Positions 1 through 10,615 are shown, counted from the first letter of the stretch. The stretch: DNA of 57,628 bases from an uncultured virus (IMG/VR IMGVR_UViG_3300028833_000090) (IMGVR_UViG_3300028833_000090), one strand, 5' to 3'. The notes: generated by a model from the sequence alone, not told the origin. Made by a program: numbers and translations.

Positions 1-126
1 TGCTATCCAGGTATGCATGATGAATATGAAGTATCATATTCACTAAAACCGGGACAGATAGTAGAATCCGCTGACAGAGACAGCGGAATAGTAATAAATA
101 CTAATACTACACCCTTTCTCAACTAA
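1..126 (+). CDS. 3' end of a truncated hypothetical CDS
   Basis: Frame 1 is open from base 1 (CYPGMHDEYEV...TPFLN) to TAA at 124-126; overlapped and followed by hairpins. Confidence 0.55.
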   Translation, partial: CYPGMHDEYEVSYSLKPGQIVESADRDSGIVINTNTTPFLN

Positions 127-311
127 TAGAAGGGAGGTAGTATTACCAAAATATAGAAAGCTCAAAAAGCTTTCTATATTTTTTTTTTGCTCCCTCTAAA
201 TTAATGAAAGAGAATAAGGTAAGGTTGAATTTCTTATAACTGAACTTGACAGATCAGCTCTATAGCTGATTAATAATATAGAATTTTCATTAATAACTAC
301 ATAATTTAAAT

Positions 312-1664
312 ATGGCTAAAAAGAAAAAAGTTGATTTAACACCAACACAGGTTGTTGATAATCCTCCTATTGATGTTGCAGTAGGGGAGTTAATGGCTAG
401 AAACTTTAATGAGTTTAGTAGATATGCTATTAATCACAGAGCGGTTCCTGTTTTGTATGATGGCTGTAAAGATTCTTATAGAAGATTGTTATGGGCAGCT
501 ATATTAATGTATAAAGCCGGAACACTCTCACCAGCAGAAACTCTCGTAAAATCTGTAGCAAGATGGCATCCCCACTCAGTAGATGGCTTGGATGGTACTA
601 TGGCATTGTTTGTTCATTCAGGGGTATTTGTTGGAGAAGGAGCTTTTGGTGGTGTAAATATAGCAGACGGTGAAATGGATCCTTGCGCTGCTCTTAGGTA
701 CCTCCATATTGGGTTATCCCCAACCTATCATAAGTTGTTAGCAGATTTAATGAAGGAAGTACCAATGGTTGAGTCACCTGTTGGTGAACCAGAACCTCTA
801 TTTATACCTTTCCCTCTACCTTTATCCTGCTGTTTGAAATCTGACGTTATGGGTCTATCTTCTGTAAGAACAGTCATTCCATCGTTTGAACCTTGGTCTT
901 TGTATCAGGCTTATGTTAATGATGATCCTAATTTATTGAAGGTTAATTCAAATATTAATATTGATTATGCTAACAGTAATCTAAAGGATATTTGGGAAAA
1001 GGGTAAAGGAAAGATTACGTATTATTATAACGTAACCCCAGTGAATAATGGTGTATTATTTGAGGGGGATACTTGGAAGTTTGTTCCGAACTGGAACAAT
1101 GAAAAATATCAGAGATTATTAGAGGATGGTAAAATCTATCAACAGGATTTAACTGATATTAATGGACCAAAAGCTTTTATTGGGGTTGTTCCAGGGGCTA
1201 GAGGTATAACTCAAAATGATGTAATAGACTTGGCTAAGGAAATGTACTTTACCACAATCAATTACCAAATTATGATTACATCTGATGAGTCAGCTAAGCC
1301 TATTCCATTGAAGGTTTGGATTGATATAGTTTTCAAGAATTACGTTGATTTGTTAATAAAAGCAAACAACAGAAAGATTGAAGAGTGTAAGTTTGACATT
1401 AGTGTTCAAGAAGCTATTCCAGATTTCAGTAATTACGTTCTTAATGTTAACCCGAAGGCAACTGATCAAGAAATCGCTAAAGCAATGGGTTATACTCCTG
1501 AAATGATAAAAGCTCTAAATGGTAAAACATTAGCTACATTAAGGAAGAACTCAGAGAACAAGGAGATGATGAAATCAATCATGGATAGTTTGCAAAAGAG
1601 ATTAAATAATTTAATGTCATTCGATCCAATAAAAACAGCGGAAGAAATTATAAAACAGATGTAA
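312..1664 (+). CDS. Type IIA DNA topoisomerase subunit A (GyrA/ParC/T4 gp52-like breakage-reunion domain)
   Basis: RAVPVLYDGCKDSYRRLLW (cf. RALPDxRDGLKPxxRRIL), WHPHS (cf. YHPHG), AALRY catalytic Tyr motif; 450 aa, no C-terminal pinwheel. Confidence 0.85.
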   Translation: MAKKKKVDLTPTQVVDNPPIDVAVGELMARNFNEFSRYAINHRAVPVLYDGCKDSYRRLLWAAILMYKAGTLSPAETLVKSVARWHPHSVDGLDGTMALFVHSGVFVGEGAFGGVNIADGEMDPCAALRYLHIGLSPTYHKLLADLMKEVPMVESPVGEPEPLFIPFPLPLSCCLKSDVMGLSSVRTVIPSFEPWSLYQAYVNDDPNLLKVNSNINIDYANSNLKDIWEKGKGKITYYYNVTPVNNGVLFEGDTWKFVPNWNNEKYQRLLEDGKIYQQDLTDINGPKAFIGVVPGARGITQNDVIDLAKEMYFTTINYQIMITSDESAKPIPLKVWIDIVFKNYVDLLIKANNRKIEECKFDISVQEAIPDFSNYVLNVNPKATDQEIAKAMGYTPEMIKALNGKTLATLRKNSENKEMMKSIMDSLQKRLNNLMSFDPIKTAEEIIKQM

Positions 1665-1666
1665 TT

Positions 1667-2203
1667 ATGATTTATTTAAGTGGATTAGACTCAATCATAG
1701 AATCAATTTATCTCAGTGATTTAATAAGTACTCAAATTGGTAAGGCACAGATTTTTGTTAACCCAAACCAGAGATTAAAGTACCTAACCAACAAAACTAT
1801 TATAATAACGAATAATGATTATTCGGTTGATTACATTAATCAATTAGTGGATGGTGGTAATAAAGTCATTTCTAGAGTTTATTTTAATACGGATAAGGTT
1901 GAAATTCAACCATATATTATCCGTATTAATGATAAAATCAGATTTAACGGTAGAGAAATTACTGAAGATAGCATAGAAAAGATAGATGATATTCTCCTGA
2001 AAGGATACGGAGAGTATGACGAGAAAGAAAAGAGATTATACTTTCCAAAAATAAAAATAATGGATAAAGAAACTGAGCCTTATATGGATCAGTACGGTAA
2101 TCTAACAGGTCTAGGTTGGGCACTTCATCAAGTTGGTGTCAATATGAAAGAAGGACCACTCGTTAATTTAGACCTTCTGAAATTAAAAAAGGTTATCATT
2201 TAA
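1667..2203 (+). CDS. Hypothetical protein
   Basis: 178-aa ORF starting 2 nt after the topoisomerase stop. Confidence 0.7.
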   Translation: MIYLSGLDSIIESIYLSDLISTQIGKAQIFVNPNQRLKYLTNKTIIITNNDYSVDYINQLVDGGNKVISRVYFNTDKVEIQPYIIRINDKIRFNGREITEDSIEKIDDILLKGYGEYDEKEKRLYFPKIKIMDKETEPYMDQYGNLTGLGWALHQVGVNMKEGPLVNLDLLKLKKVII

Positions 2204-2299
2204 GGTAGTCAAATTCTCAATACAGAATATAAAGAGAGGAATTACCTCTCATACAGTTAATTTTTATTATTTAATTATTTTTTAATACTTATCAACTAA

Positions 2300-3586
2300 A
2301 TGGAAAATTTAACAGATGTAATGAGTAGGCTAGGCCAACTCGAGGTACAAGCTCAGAAGAAAGGATCAACAAATCAGAAAGATGCATCTCGTGGTAAAGT
2401 CGAGTACGTTCACTTTGGTGATTCAAATCAGCAAGGTAGTTATTTGATTGTTCCTTTGCCAAATCCTGTAACTGGAGCACTTCCTTATGTGCTTTTAAAG
2501 GATGTAAAGCAGTTTAAGGTAAATAAACAATTTGGTGATAAAACTTACCAATATACAAGAAAGATATTGCCTGCTACTGCTTTTGATATTTACGATCCTA
2601 ATACAGGAAGAGTTATCTCGCCGTTGACTAATGATGACTTAAATCTGATTCAGGAGGCTACTAAATTGTGGAGTGATCTTTACAGAAAGCTTGGTGGTTA
2701 TAAGAAACAGGCTGATAGAACTCCTGAAGAGCAGAGAATTCTTATGGACAGCAATAGTCCTAAGAATAAAAACTACACAATCTTTAATGGTTATGTAATT
2801 AATCGTTATGAAGGTAATAACTTGAGGAAAGTTATTAAGTCTAATTATGGTGCGCTTATTGTAGTACCTTCAGCTGCTATGATTGACTCGGTAAATGAGA
2901 ATATTTCTCAGACTTCTACAATCACTTATGGTGGTAAGAATGACTGGGTTAATGATATTTATAACTTTGACCTTGAACATAGGAAGGGTAGTATTATGCT
3001 AACCGTAAATCGTCAGCTTGGTTATAAGATTACAGTAGCTCATAACGTATCAGCCACTGTAATTGATATTAATATGTCAGATGAAGAGAAAGCTCTCATG
3101 TCTAACAATCCTGTAGAGAACTTTATTGGTTTGAGCAATATTCCTCAGGAGGAACTTAGTAAAGCTCCTGGTCAGAGAAAGTTGTTCAATCCTGATTACT
3201 ACAAGGATATGATTAGTGAGCTTAGGACATTGAACGCAGAGTTTGATGGTGGTATGCAGAGTGCTGGACCTGTAGCTGAACCTCAAAGAGGTCCAATTCA
3301 GGGTAGCATTGATCCATTCTTGGCTGCTAATCCAAAGGCAGAAGTACAGCAGCAACCTGTTTCAGGTGCTACAGCAGTACAGAATGCATTCTCTCAGGTA
3401 CAGCAACAAGCAACTCACATAGATCCGATGGCTAATAACGGCGGAAATATGTTTGGTGGTTTCGGACAGCAACCTCAAGCACAACCACAACCAGCTTCAA
3501 CACCTTTCGCTAACCCGTTCGCTAATGTACAGCAACAAGTGAACAACGTACAGCAAGGTGGAAATGGTAATAACCTTCCCTTCTAA
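2300..3586 (+). CDS. Putative single-stranded DNA-binding protein
   Basis: Globular N-terminus, long Q/P/N/G-rich linker and C-terminal NNLPF tip resembling the SSB DDLPF tail; replication-gene context; own terminator. Confidence 0.5.
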   Translation: MENLTDVMSRLGQLEVQAQKKGSTNQKDASRGKVEYVHFGDSNQQGSYLIVPLPNPVTGALPYVLLKDVKQFKVNKQFGDKTYQYTRKILPATAFDIYDPNTGRVISPLTNDDLNLIQEATKLWSDLYRKLGGYKKQADRTPEEQRILMDSNSPKNKNYTIFNGYVINRYEGNNLRKVIKSNYGALIVVPSAAMIDSVNENISQTSTITYGGKNDWVNDIYNFDLEHRKGSIMLTVNRQLGYKITVAHNVSATVIDINMSDEEKALMSNNPVENFIGLSNIPQEELSKAPGQRKLFNPDYYKDMISELRTLNAEFDGGMQSAGPVAEPQRGPIQGSIDPFLAANPKAEVQQQPVSGATAVQNAFSQVQQQATHIDPMANNGGNMFGGFGQQPQAQPQPASTPFANPFANVQQQVNNVQQGGNGNNLPF

Positions 3587-3611
3587 ACGAAGTTGATTAG
3601 TTGAATTTATT

Positions 3612-3650
3612 GATAGGTAAGACAATGCGCTCTTACCTATCTTTTATTTT
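3612..3650 (+). terminator. Intrinsic terminator
   Basis: GATAGGTAAG...CTTACCTATC stem followed by a T-tract. Confidence 0.75.
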
Positions 3651-3665
3651 TAATAAAATTAATAG

Positions 3666-4709
3666 ATGAATAGATATAAATACGCTCTGGTTGATATGTC
3701 TTACATTCTTGTAAGAAATCTAAAAGCAATATCAGCTGGTAAGCAAGTTGGAGAGTATAATGAGGGTGAAGTATTAAGAATAACAATACAAACCATAAAA
3801 AAGATAGTAAGAGAATATGGAATAACCGCGGATAAATATATATTCATTTATGATAAATGGGATAAAGAAATAAACGGTTATTATAGAACGTATTGCCTGA
3901 AGGATTTTGTAGCATATAAAGGTTCAAGAGTTTATGTAAATGAAGCTTATGTAAGGAAACTAGAACAAGAATTAGCTAATATAGATCCCGCAAATACAGA
4001 AGAGATAGAAAAGAAAAAGAAAGAAATAGAAACAGCGAAAAAGGAAGCTTATGAAAATCAGGTAAAATATAATGCTAAAGTGGCTATGATTAATGATTTT
4101 CCAAAAATAGGTCTTCCTTGTCTGGGTCTAGAAGGTTGGGAATTTGATGATTTAGCTTGGTTATCAACATGTTTGTTGATTGGGGAGCCTGATAATAGAA
4201 CTAGTATAATTATAACAAAAGATACAGATCTTCAGTACTCATTATCACCAAGGATGGATTATTTCAAAATTCCAACAGGAAAAAGTACACCAAAAATTAT
4301 TACATACGAAGAGATGGTTAAAACCATCCCACAATCAATCTCAAGTAGAGGAGTAACTTTATATAATTATAAAGCATATTTAGATTCACTAGGTACGGGT
4401 CACAATGATATGAAACCTACCGTTATTTCAAAGAATTCTATAGAAGATATCATACTTCACATACTTGACGGTGATTACAGTGATGTAAATAAAGAACAGT
4501 TCTTAGCACAATTTAATTCATTTGATCTTCATAATTTTCCAAGATTAGATCAAGCATTTAACATAATAAATAACGAATACAAGTCTTACGGCCATCTAGG
4601 TGATATTAATCAATTTCATGAATTCTGTAATAAATATAACATCAATTCAATCAGAGATCAATATTACCTCGAATTAATTCAAGGTTTTAATCCCTTACTT
4701 TTCTCATAG
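3666..4709 (+). CDS. 5'-3' exonuclease / flap endonuclease (T4 RNase H, T5 D15-like)
   Basis: ALVDMSY, FIYD, YKGSR, EFDDL and TKDTDLQ acidic motifs of FEN/5' nuclease PIN domains. Confidence 0.8.
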   Translation: MNRYKYALVDMSYILVRNLKAISAGKQVGEYNEGEVLRITIQTIKKIVREYGITADKYIFIYDKWDKEINGYYRTYCLKDFVAYKGSRVYVNEAYVRKLEQELANIDPANTEEIEKKKKEIETAKKEAYENQVKYNAKVAMINDFPKIGLPCLGLEGWEFDDLAWLSTCLLIGEPDNRTSIIITKDTDLQYSLSPRMDYFKIPTGKSTPKIITYEEMVKTIPQSISSRGVTLYNYKAYLDSLGTGHNDMKPTVISKNSIEDIILHILDGDYSDVNKEQFLAQFNSFDLHNFPRLDQAFNIINNEYKSYGHLGDINQFHEFCNKYNINSIRDQYYLELIQGFNPLLFS

Positions 4710-4741
4710 ATAGTAAGAAACATTAATTAAAATTAACAAAT

Positions 4742-4984
4742 ATGGCAGCAGACGTAATTCAAATCTCCAGTGACAAGGGTCTATTCACATATGACCCTTC
4801 CACTGAGAGAATTTTTAAGGACAATCAATTAATGCCAACTGATGAGGCTACACCAGTTTATGCCTATTTTGGTAAAAAACATTTACCTCAATTTGCTGGT
4901 ATTTATTTGAGAAGTCTTAATGTAGTATTAACCCTCTCTGGTAATGCACAAACAATAACCGGAGATGAAAATCTAATCCAATAA
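4742..4984 (+). CDS. Hypothetical protein
   Basis: 80-aa ORF in operon with an A-rich start context. Confidence 0.65.
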   Translation: MAADVIQISSDKGLFTYDPSTERIFKDNQLMPTDEATPVYAYFGKKHLPQFAGIYLRSLNVVLTLSGNAQTITGDENLIQ

Positions 4985-4988
4985 TGTT

Positions 4989-5480
4989 ATGTTAACGTTA
5001 TCTGATATTCAAGGAATGTCTGAACAAGCAAGACAAGAAAAAGCTCAAGCTTGTTCAGTGAACTTAGTTCAGACTTATCACACGCTTGTTGATAAGCCAA
5101 TTGATGATAGATTCAAGTCAATGTTTTCTGGAAAGAATACACTTCTAACTTACTTATTAACATTTAAGTTTGAAGTAAAGTCGGCTGAATCTAAGAAGAT
5201 CCACAAGGTATTTATTCAAGTAAACCCAGATTTTGATATAAAATATTGGGAAGGTAATAAATGTAGGATAGCTTGTGATTGTGAAGACTTTAAGTATCAC
5301 GCAGTATTCTATCTAAAACAATATGATAGTTTATTTTTGACTGATAAACTGAAGGTAACTTATGCACAATCATTAAACAAAGCTCCTGCAAGTACAGCAT
5401 CTACAATTTCTTGTAAGCATTGTATTGCAGCATTAGATTACCTGATTAATAATTACCAATCAATAATGAGAACCCTTTAA
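4989..5480 (+). CDS. SWIM zinc-finger protein
   Basis: CDCEDF...CKHCIAA (CxC-xn-CxH). Confidence 0.7.
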   Translation: MLTLSDIQGMSEQARQEKAQACSVNLVQTYHTLVDKPIDDRFKSMFSGKNTLLTYLLTFKFEVKSAESKKIHKVFIQVNPDFDIKYWEGNKCRIACDCEDFKYHAVFYLKQYDSLFLTDKLKVTYAQSLNKAPASTASTISCKHCIAALDYLINNYQSIMRTL

Positions 5481-5496
5481 AAAAGTATACATAAAT

Positions 5497-8331
5497 ATGA
5501 TCATTGGAATAGTTTCAGACATTCATATTCATGCATACCCAAACAGGAACCCTGAGAACAATCTTTATAGGTTGCTCCAGGGTTCTCGTCTTGTGTCTCA
5601 GAATATTATAGAAGTCTTTAAACAAAATGGATGTGAGGCAGTTATATTTGCCGGTGATATAGTTGAGAAATCAATTATACGTCCTTATGTTCAGGCGGAA
5701 ATAAAGTATTTTCTAGATACAATTATGTCCAATTTCAGGGGAGGTTGGATTATTTGGGGAAATCATGATTTGGATAGTAAGAGTGCAGTACAAACCGTAA
5801 CAGATTCGGTTTTAGGTGTTATATTACCACCTAATTTGATATATGCACACCAACAGATAGTTAATATAAACGGAACAACATTAGCATTTTCTAACTGGCA
5901 ACCTGAGTTTGATCTAAGCTGGATTCAAAACCCTGTAGATTTTCTTATTACTCATGCCAGAATAAATTATTCAAATGCTAGTAATTTTCAGCCACAACAG
6001 TTAGATGAAAGTAAATTTAATTTAGCTATTTGTGGTGATATACATTATCCTGGTACAAAGGGGAAGTTTGTTTCTATAGGTGTTCCTCAAATGTGTAAAT
6101 TATCAGATAGTCCTGATTCAACTGGGGTTATCTTGAACACAGACACAAAGGAATGGAAATGGGTTGATTTAAATCCTCATAAAAATCTTCTTAAATTTGT
6201 TAGTACTGATAAGCTAGATTGGGATAATAAATGGGATAAATCTACACTTACATACTACATTTATAGTAAACCTACTGTCATAGATCCTAATACAGGTGTT
6301 AATGTTTCTGTACCTGTATGGTCTGATATACAAGCCTTAATAGACTCTTCTATTGTTTCTAATAGTCTAGAAAACGTTCATAATGAAGTACTAAAATATA
6401 TAGATAGGTTTGATTATCAGGATGTGGATTTTAATTTTACATTAACTAAATTCTCTTGTAAAAATTGGAGAAGTATAGATGATTGTACTCTATATTTTGA
6501 CGAAGGGGATAAAATATTAATTCAAGGAGCTAATGGTAGTGGTAAAAGTAGTTTATTATCTGCTATTAAATACGCTTTTGTTGATGTTTCTGATACGAAG
6601 GGATTATCTTCTCTAAAACCATTTATTCAATTCGGTACGAAAGATTGTTGGACAGAAGTAGAGTTTATTTACCAGAATAACATTTGTCGAATAAGAAGAG
6701 GTACAAAGGAATTTGGACTATGGATAAATAACGAACAAATGAAATATAATGATAAAAAGTCATTTGAAGCAGATGTTCGTATGAGATTTCCGTTTATTAA
6801 ATTTATGGATATATTTTTCTTGGATGCTGATCATAACCAGCTTATAGGCAGTATGTCAGTAGAGAAAAAATCCCAAGTTATTTCTGGAGTATTAAAATTA
6901 TCCAAAATTGACGTATATAATGATATAGCTGCTAATTTGCTTGATGGTGTAAAGAAAAATGGAACAGAATTAAATAATCAGATAAAGCAAATTAATAAAG
7001 TCCTTGAATTTATTAATGATAAATTAGCTAGTCCAATGTATACTCAGTTACCTAGCATTAGTTATAATCAATTAGTAAATCTTAGAAATGAAGGATTGAA
7101 AATTGAACAAGACAATAATGCGTGGGTGGAGTATCAAAAACTAGTTCAGCCTCTTCAAGAAAAAATTAATGTACTAAAGGCTGAATTAAAGAAGCTAAAT
7201 GCTGAAAAGAAAAAATTCAGACCGGAAGTAGATATTAATAATGAAATTGCTAATTATCAGAATCAAATTAGTAATTTACAAAATCAAATTATTGAGTTAA
7301 GCAATTTAAAAACCCAAATAGAGTACAAAGAAGCTGAACTTAATAAATTGAAAAACGAGGGAAACCAAGCATATATCGATGCTAATAATATAACTATGAA
7401 TAGCAGATGTAAGACTTGTGGTCAACCTATAACTACATCTGATACTCTAATGGCTCATAAGAATGAGTTATTGAGAAGAGTAGAAGAAATTAGGCAGATT
7501 GTAGTACCCCTTACGGAAGAAATCAATAATTTAAAAGCTAGTTGGGCACAATCAGAAAACATTTATAACCAGCTAACGAATAATATTAATGATTTCAATA
7601 CTAAAATATCTGAATTAAGAGCAGAACTTTTAAATCAAGGCAAGGTTGAAAAATCCCTCGAAAAGAATGATAAAGATTTAAAGAAGTGTCAGCAACAAAT
7701 TCAGCAAATACCGGTGGTTAAACAGGTAGATCTTCCTGATGATTTCCGTGCTAAAATGGAAAAAATTAAGGATGATATTATAATCTGGGAAAACTATGAA
7801 GGTCTAGTTCAAGATAAAACAAGAAATACTAATGATATTAACAATATCAAACAAGATCTTGATAAATTATCTGTTATAGCGAACGAATTAGAACGCTATA
7901 TAAAATTAACGGGCCCTGCTGGTGATATTTATAGTGCTATTTTGAACAAATTAGCAAATGAATTTTCAGATAATCAGGTCAAGTATGAAGTTAGGAAGTA
8001 CAATAATAGAGGAGAACATTTAAATCTAGAATCTATGTACTACAATAACGGAAACTGGGTTGATTATGAGGCATGTAGTAGTGGTCAAAAGACTGTTCTC
8101 GATGTTCATTTCCTCCAGAAAATTATACCACGAATCGGTGTATTAATTATGGACGAATTCTTTAAACATCTTGATCCAGAAAACCATGATGCTTGTATAG
8201 AAGCTTTAAGTAATATGAATATTGGATGTACTATGATAAGTTCCCATATGGAATCTATAGCGGCATTCAATAATAAATCATGTAAATTATCACTTAATGC
8301 AAGTGGTTTAACCCAAATAGAGTACAAGTAA
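5497..8331 (+). CDS. Fused Mre11/SbcD nuclease - Rad50/SbcC ATPase
   Basis: N-terminus: SDIH, AGDI, GNHD, THA, GDIH phosphoesterase motifs. Then NWRS, Walker A GANGSGKSS, coiled coil with CKTC zinc hook, signature CSSGQK, Walker B LIMDE, D-loop HLD and SSH. Confidence 0.9.
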   Translation: MIIGIVSDIHIHAYPNRNPENNLYRLLQGSRLVSQNIIEVFKQNGCEAVIFAGDIVEKSIIRPYVQAEIKYFLDTIMSNFRGGWIIWGNHDLDSKSAVQTVTDSVLGVILPPNLIYAHQQIVNINGTTLAFSNWQPEFDLSWIQNPVDFLITHARINYSNASNFQPQQLDESKFNLAICGDIHYPGTKGKFVSIGVPQMCKLSDSPDSTGVILNTDTKEWKWVDLNPHKNLLKFVSTDKLDWDNKWDKSTLTYYIYSKPTVIDPNTGVNVSVPVWSDIQALIDSSIVSNSLENVHNEVLKYIDRFDYQDVDFNFTLTKFSCKNWRSIDDCTLYFDEGDKILIQGANGSGKSSLLSAIKYAFVDVSDTKGLSSLKPFIQFGTKDCWTEVEFIYQNNICRIRRGTKEFGLWINNEQMKYNDKKSFEADVRMRFPFIKFMDIFFLDADHNQLIGSMSVEKKSQVISGVLKLSKIDVYNDIAANLLDGVKKNGTELNNQIKQINKVLEFINDKLASPMYTQLPSISYNQLVNLRNEGLKIEQDNNAWVEYQKLVQPLQEKINVLKAELKKLNAEKKKFRPEVDINNEIANYQNQISNLQNQIIELSNLKTQIEYKEAELNKLKNEGNQAYIDANNITMNSRCKTCGQPITTSDTLMAHKNELLRRVEEIRQIVVPLTEEINNLKASWAQSENIYNQLTNNINDFNTKISELRAELLNQGKVEKSLEKNDKDLKKCQQQIQQIPVVKQVDLPDDFRAKMEKIKDDIIIWENYEGLVQDKTRNTNDINNIKQDLDKLSVIANELERYIKLTGPAGDIYSAILNKLANEFSDNQVKYEVRKYNNRGEHLNLESMYYNNGNWVDYEACSSGQKTVLDVHFLQKIIPRIGVLIMDEFFKHLDPENHDACIEALSNMNIGCTMISSHMESIAAFNNKSCKLSLNASGLTQIEYK

Positions 8332-8338
8332 AAAATAT

Positions 8339-8375
8339 GATAACCAAGTAACTAAAATTACTTGGTTATCTTTTT
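8339..8375 (+). terminator. Intrinsic terminator
   Basis: GATAACCAAGTAA/TTACTTGGTTATC stem + TTTTT. Confidence 0.8.
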
Positions 8376-8428
8376 ATACCCATTAAATCCTAATAACTGA
8401 ATAAATTAACTAAATAAAATTTACAAAG

Positions 8429-10426
8429 ATGAACGAAAAGATAAGGGATAGAATAATGAATCTCAGAGAATTCATTAATCAATGTAACTATAATTATTAT
8501 GTACTTAATAATCCGAGTGTTACTGATTATGAATTCGATCAAAAATTAAAGGAGCTTCAGGAATTAGAGAATTCATACCCAGAATTTGATGACCCTAATT
8601 CACCAACTCACAGAGTAGGCAGTGATATTACAAAATCATTTACTCAAGAACAGCACAAATATCCTATGCTATCATTAGCTAATACTTATAATGAAGATGA
8701 TCTCAGGGAATTTGACGATAGAATAAAGAAACAGCTCAATGAGCCCTATTGTTATGTATGTGAGTTGAAATTTGATGGAACAAGTATTTCTCTAACTTAC
8801 GTTAATGGACAATTAACTAAAGCTGTTACTAGAGGTGATGGCAAGGTTGGAGATGACGTTACAGCTAACGTAAGAACCATCAAAACAATTCCTTTAAAAT
8901 TAACAAAGGGTAATTATCCTCAAGAATTCGAAGTTAGAGGAGAGATATTAATGCCTCACGATTCTTTCGATAAATTAAATAAAGAAAGGCTAAAAGAGGG
9001 TGTTCCTACATTTGCTAATTGTAGAAATGCTGCCTCCGGGTCACTAAAGACTCTTGATCCAGCTATAGTAGCAAAAAGAGGATTAGACTGTTATTTGTAT
9101 TATTTACTATCCGATTCTTTACCCTCTGATTCCCATTATACTAACTTAAATTGTGTTAAAGATTGGGGATTTAAGACGGGTAATATGGTTAAATGTTCTA
9201 CAATTGACGACGTATTTAACTATATTAACTACTGGAATACTGAAAGAAAAAATCTTCCGTACGATATTGATGGAATTGTAATTAAAATCGATTCTATATC
9301 ACAAAGGGAGAAATTAGGATGTACTGCTAAAACACCTAGATGGGCTATTGCTTATAAATTTAAAGCTGAAGAAGTGACAGTAAAGCTTAACTCAGTAAAC
9401 TTCCAAGTAGGAAAAACAGGATTAATTACACCAGTAGCTAATTTCAATCCAGTACTTCTATCTGGCACTTACGTAATGCGTGCTTCTTTGTATAACTCTG
9501 ATTACATTAGTGCATTAGATTTACATGAAGGAGATACAGTTTATGTAGAGAAAGGAGGAGAGATTATACCAAAAATAACTAAAGTTGATATAACTAAGAG
9601 AATACCTAATTCAAACCTGATCAAATTTCCGGCTATTTGTCCAGCATGTGGAACCCAGCTAGTAAGAAATGCCAATGAAGCAGGTTATTACTGTCCGAAC
9701 TCATCTAACTGTTCTCCACAAATTATAGGAAGGTTAGTCCATTTCGTATCTAGAAAAGCTATGAACATTAATTGTGGCGATTCTACGGCTGAATTTCTAT
9801 TCAAAACAAATCTAGTAAAAGATATATCTGATTTTTATTTATTAACACCGAGTTCTTTACAAAATCTTATGGGATTTGGTAAAAAATCAGCAGAGAATTT
9901 AGTAAAGAGTATAGAAGAGAGCAAAAATGTACCGTTTGAACGTGTACTCTATGCGCTAAGTATTAGATATGTTGGTGAAGTGACAGCTAAGAATTTAGCA
10001 AAACAATTTAAAAATATAGATACATTAGCTTCAGCCACACTAGATCAAATAAAAGCTACAAAAGATATTGGTGAAGTTATAGCAGTAAGTGTATTTAATT
10101 GGTTTAGAGTTCCAGAAAATGTTACTATTATTGGTAAACTAAAATCAGCTGGATTGAATTTCCAAATCAAAAACCAAACAAATACTACAACAACAGCAAA
10201 ATTATCCGGTTTGAATTTTGTAGTTACAGGTTCATTCTCTTCTCCAGAAGAGAGGACTATGATAGAGAACACTATAACAGATAATGGTGGTAAGCTTCAG
10301 AGTTCCGTAAGCTCTAAAACTAATTATGTTGTATATGGAGAAAATCCTGGTACATCTAAAATACATAAAGCGAATACATTAGGTATTCCTATTATAAATA
10401 AAGAGGAATTTAAAAACCTACTGTAA
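8429..10426 (+). CDS. ligA: NAD-dependent DNA ligase
   Basis: YYVLNNPSVTDYEFD, ELKFDG (KxDG), TRGDG, EVRGE, DGIVIK, PRWAIAYKF, C4 zinc finger, HhH motifs, BRCT. Confidence 0.97.
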   Translation: MNEKIRDRIMNLREFINQCNYNYYVLNNPSVTDYEFDQKLKELQELENSYPEFDDPNSPTHRVGSDITKSFTQEQHKYPMLSLANTYNEDDLREFDDRIKKQLNEPYCYVCELKFDGTSISLTYVNGQLTKAVTRGDGKVGDDVTANVRTIKTIPLKLTKGNYPQEFEVRGEILMPHDSFDKLNKERLKEGVPTFANCRNAASGSLKTLDPAIVAKRGLDCYLYYLLSDSLPSDSHYTNLNCVKDWGFKTGNMVKCSTIDDVFNYINYWNTERKNLPYDIDGIVIKIDSISQREKLGCTAKTPRWAIAYKFKAEEVTVKLNSVNFQVGKTGLITPVANFNPVLLSGTYVMRASLYNSDYISALDLHEGDTVYVEKGGEIIPKITKVDITKRIPNSNLIKFPAICPACGTQLVRNANEAGYYCPNSSNCSPQIIGRLVHFVSRKAMNINCGDSTAEFLFKTNLVKDISDFYLLTPSSLQNLMGFGKKSAENLVKSIEESKNVPFERVLYALSIRYVGEVTAKNLAKQFKNIDTLASATLDQIKATKDIGEVIAVSVFNWFRVPENVTIIGKLKSAGLNFQIKNQTNTTTTAKLSGLNFVVTGSFSSPEERTMIENTITDNGGKLQSSVSSKTNYVVYGENPGTSKIHKANTLGIPIINKEEFKNLL

Positions 10427-10433
10427 TCGCCTG

Positions 10434-10520
10434 AGACTCTTATATATGAATAAAATTATCCAGAGCCAAGTTAAGCCGCCCAAAAACCGCAGTGATGCGC
10501 CGGGCGGCTTTTATTTTTTA
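10434..10520 (+). ncRNA. Candidate small RNA (promoter motif followed by GC-rich hairpin + U-tract, no ORF)
   Basis: AGACTCTTATATATGAA promoter motif, then AAGCCGCCC...GGGCGGCTT hairpin with inner CGCA-GTGA-TGCG, then a T-tract. Confidence 0.4.
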
Positions 10521-10527
10521 TTTCCTT

Positions 10528-10598
10528 AAAACCCTTATTATTGAAGAAAGTATAAATGTAATTATATTTTCTTCAATTTATTTTTCACGATTATTAAC
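10528..10598 (+). promoter_or_regulatory. Promoter-hairpin-box leader element, copy 1
   Basis: AAACCCTTATTATTGAA + hairpin GAAGAAAGTATAA/TTATATTTTCTTC + TTATTTTTCACGATTATTAAC. Confidence 0.75.
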
Positions 10599-10615
10599 AT
10601 AAAAAACTATTTATT

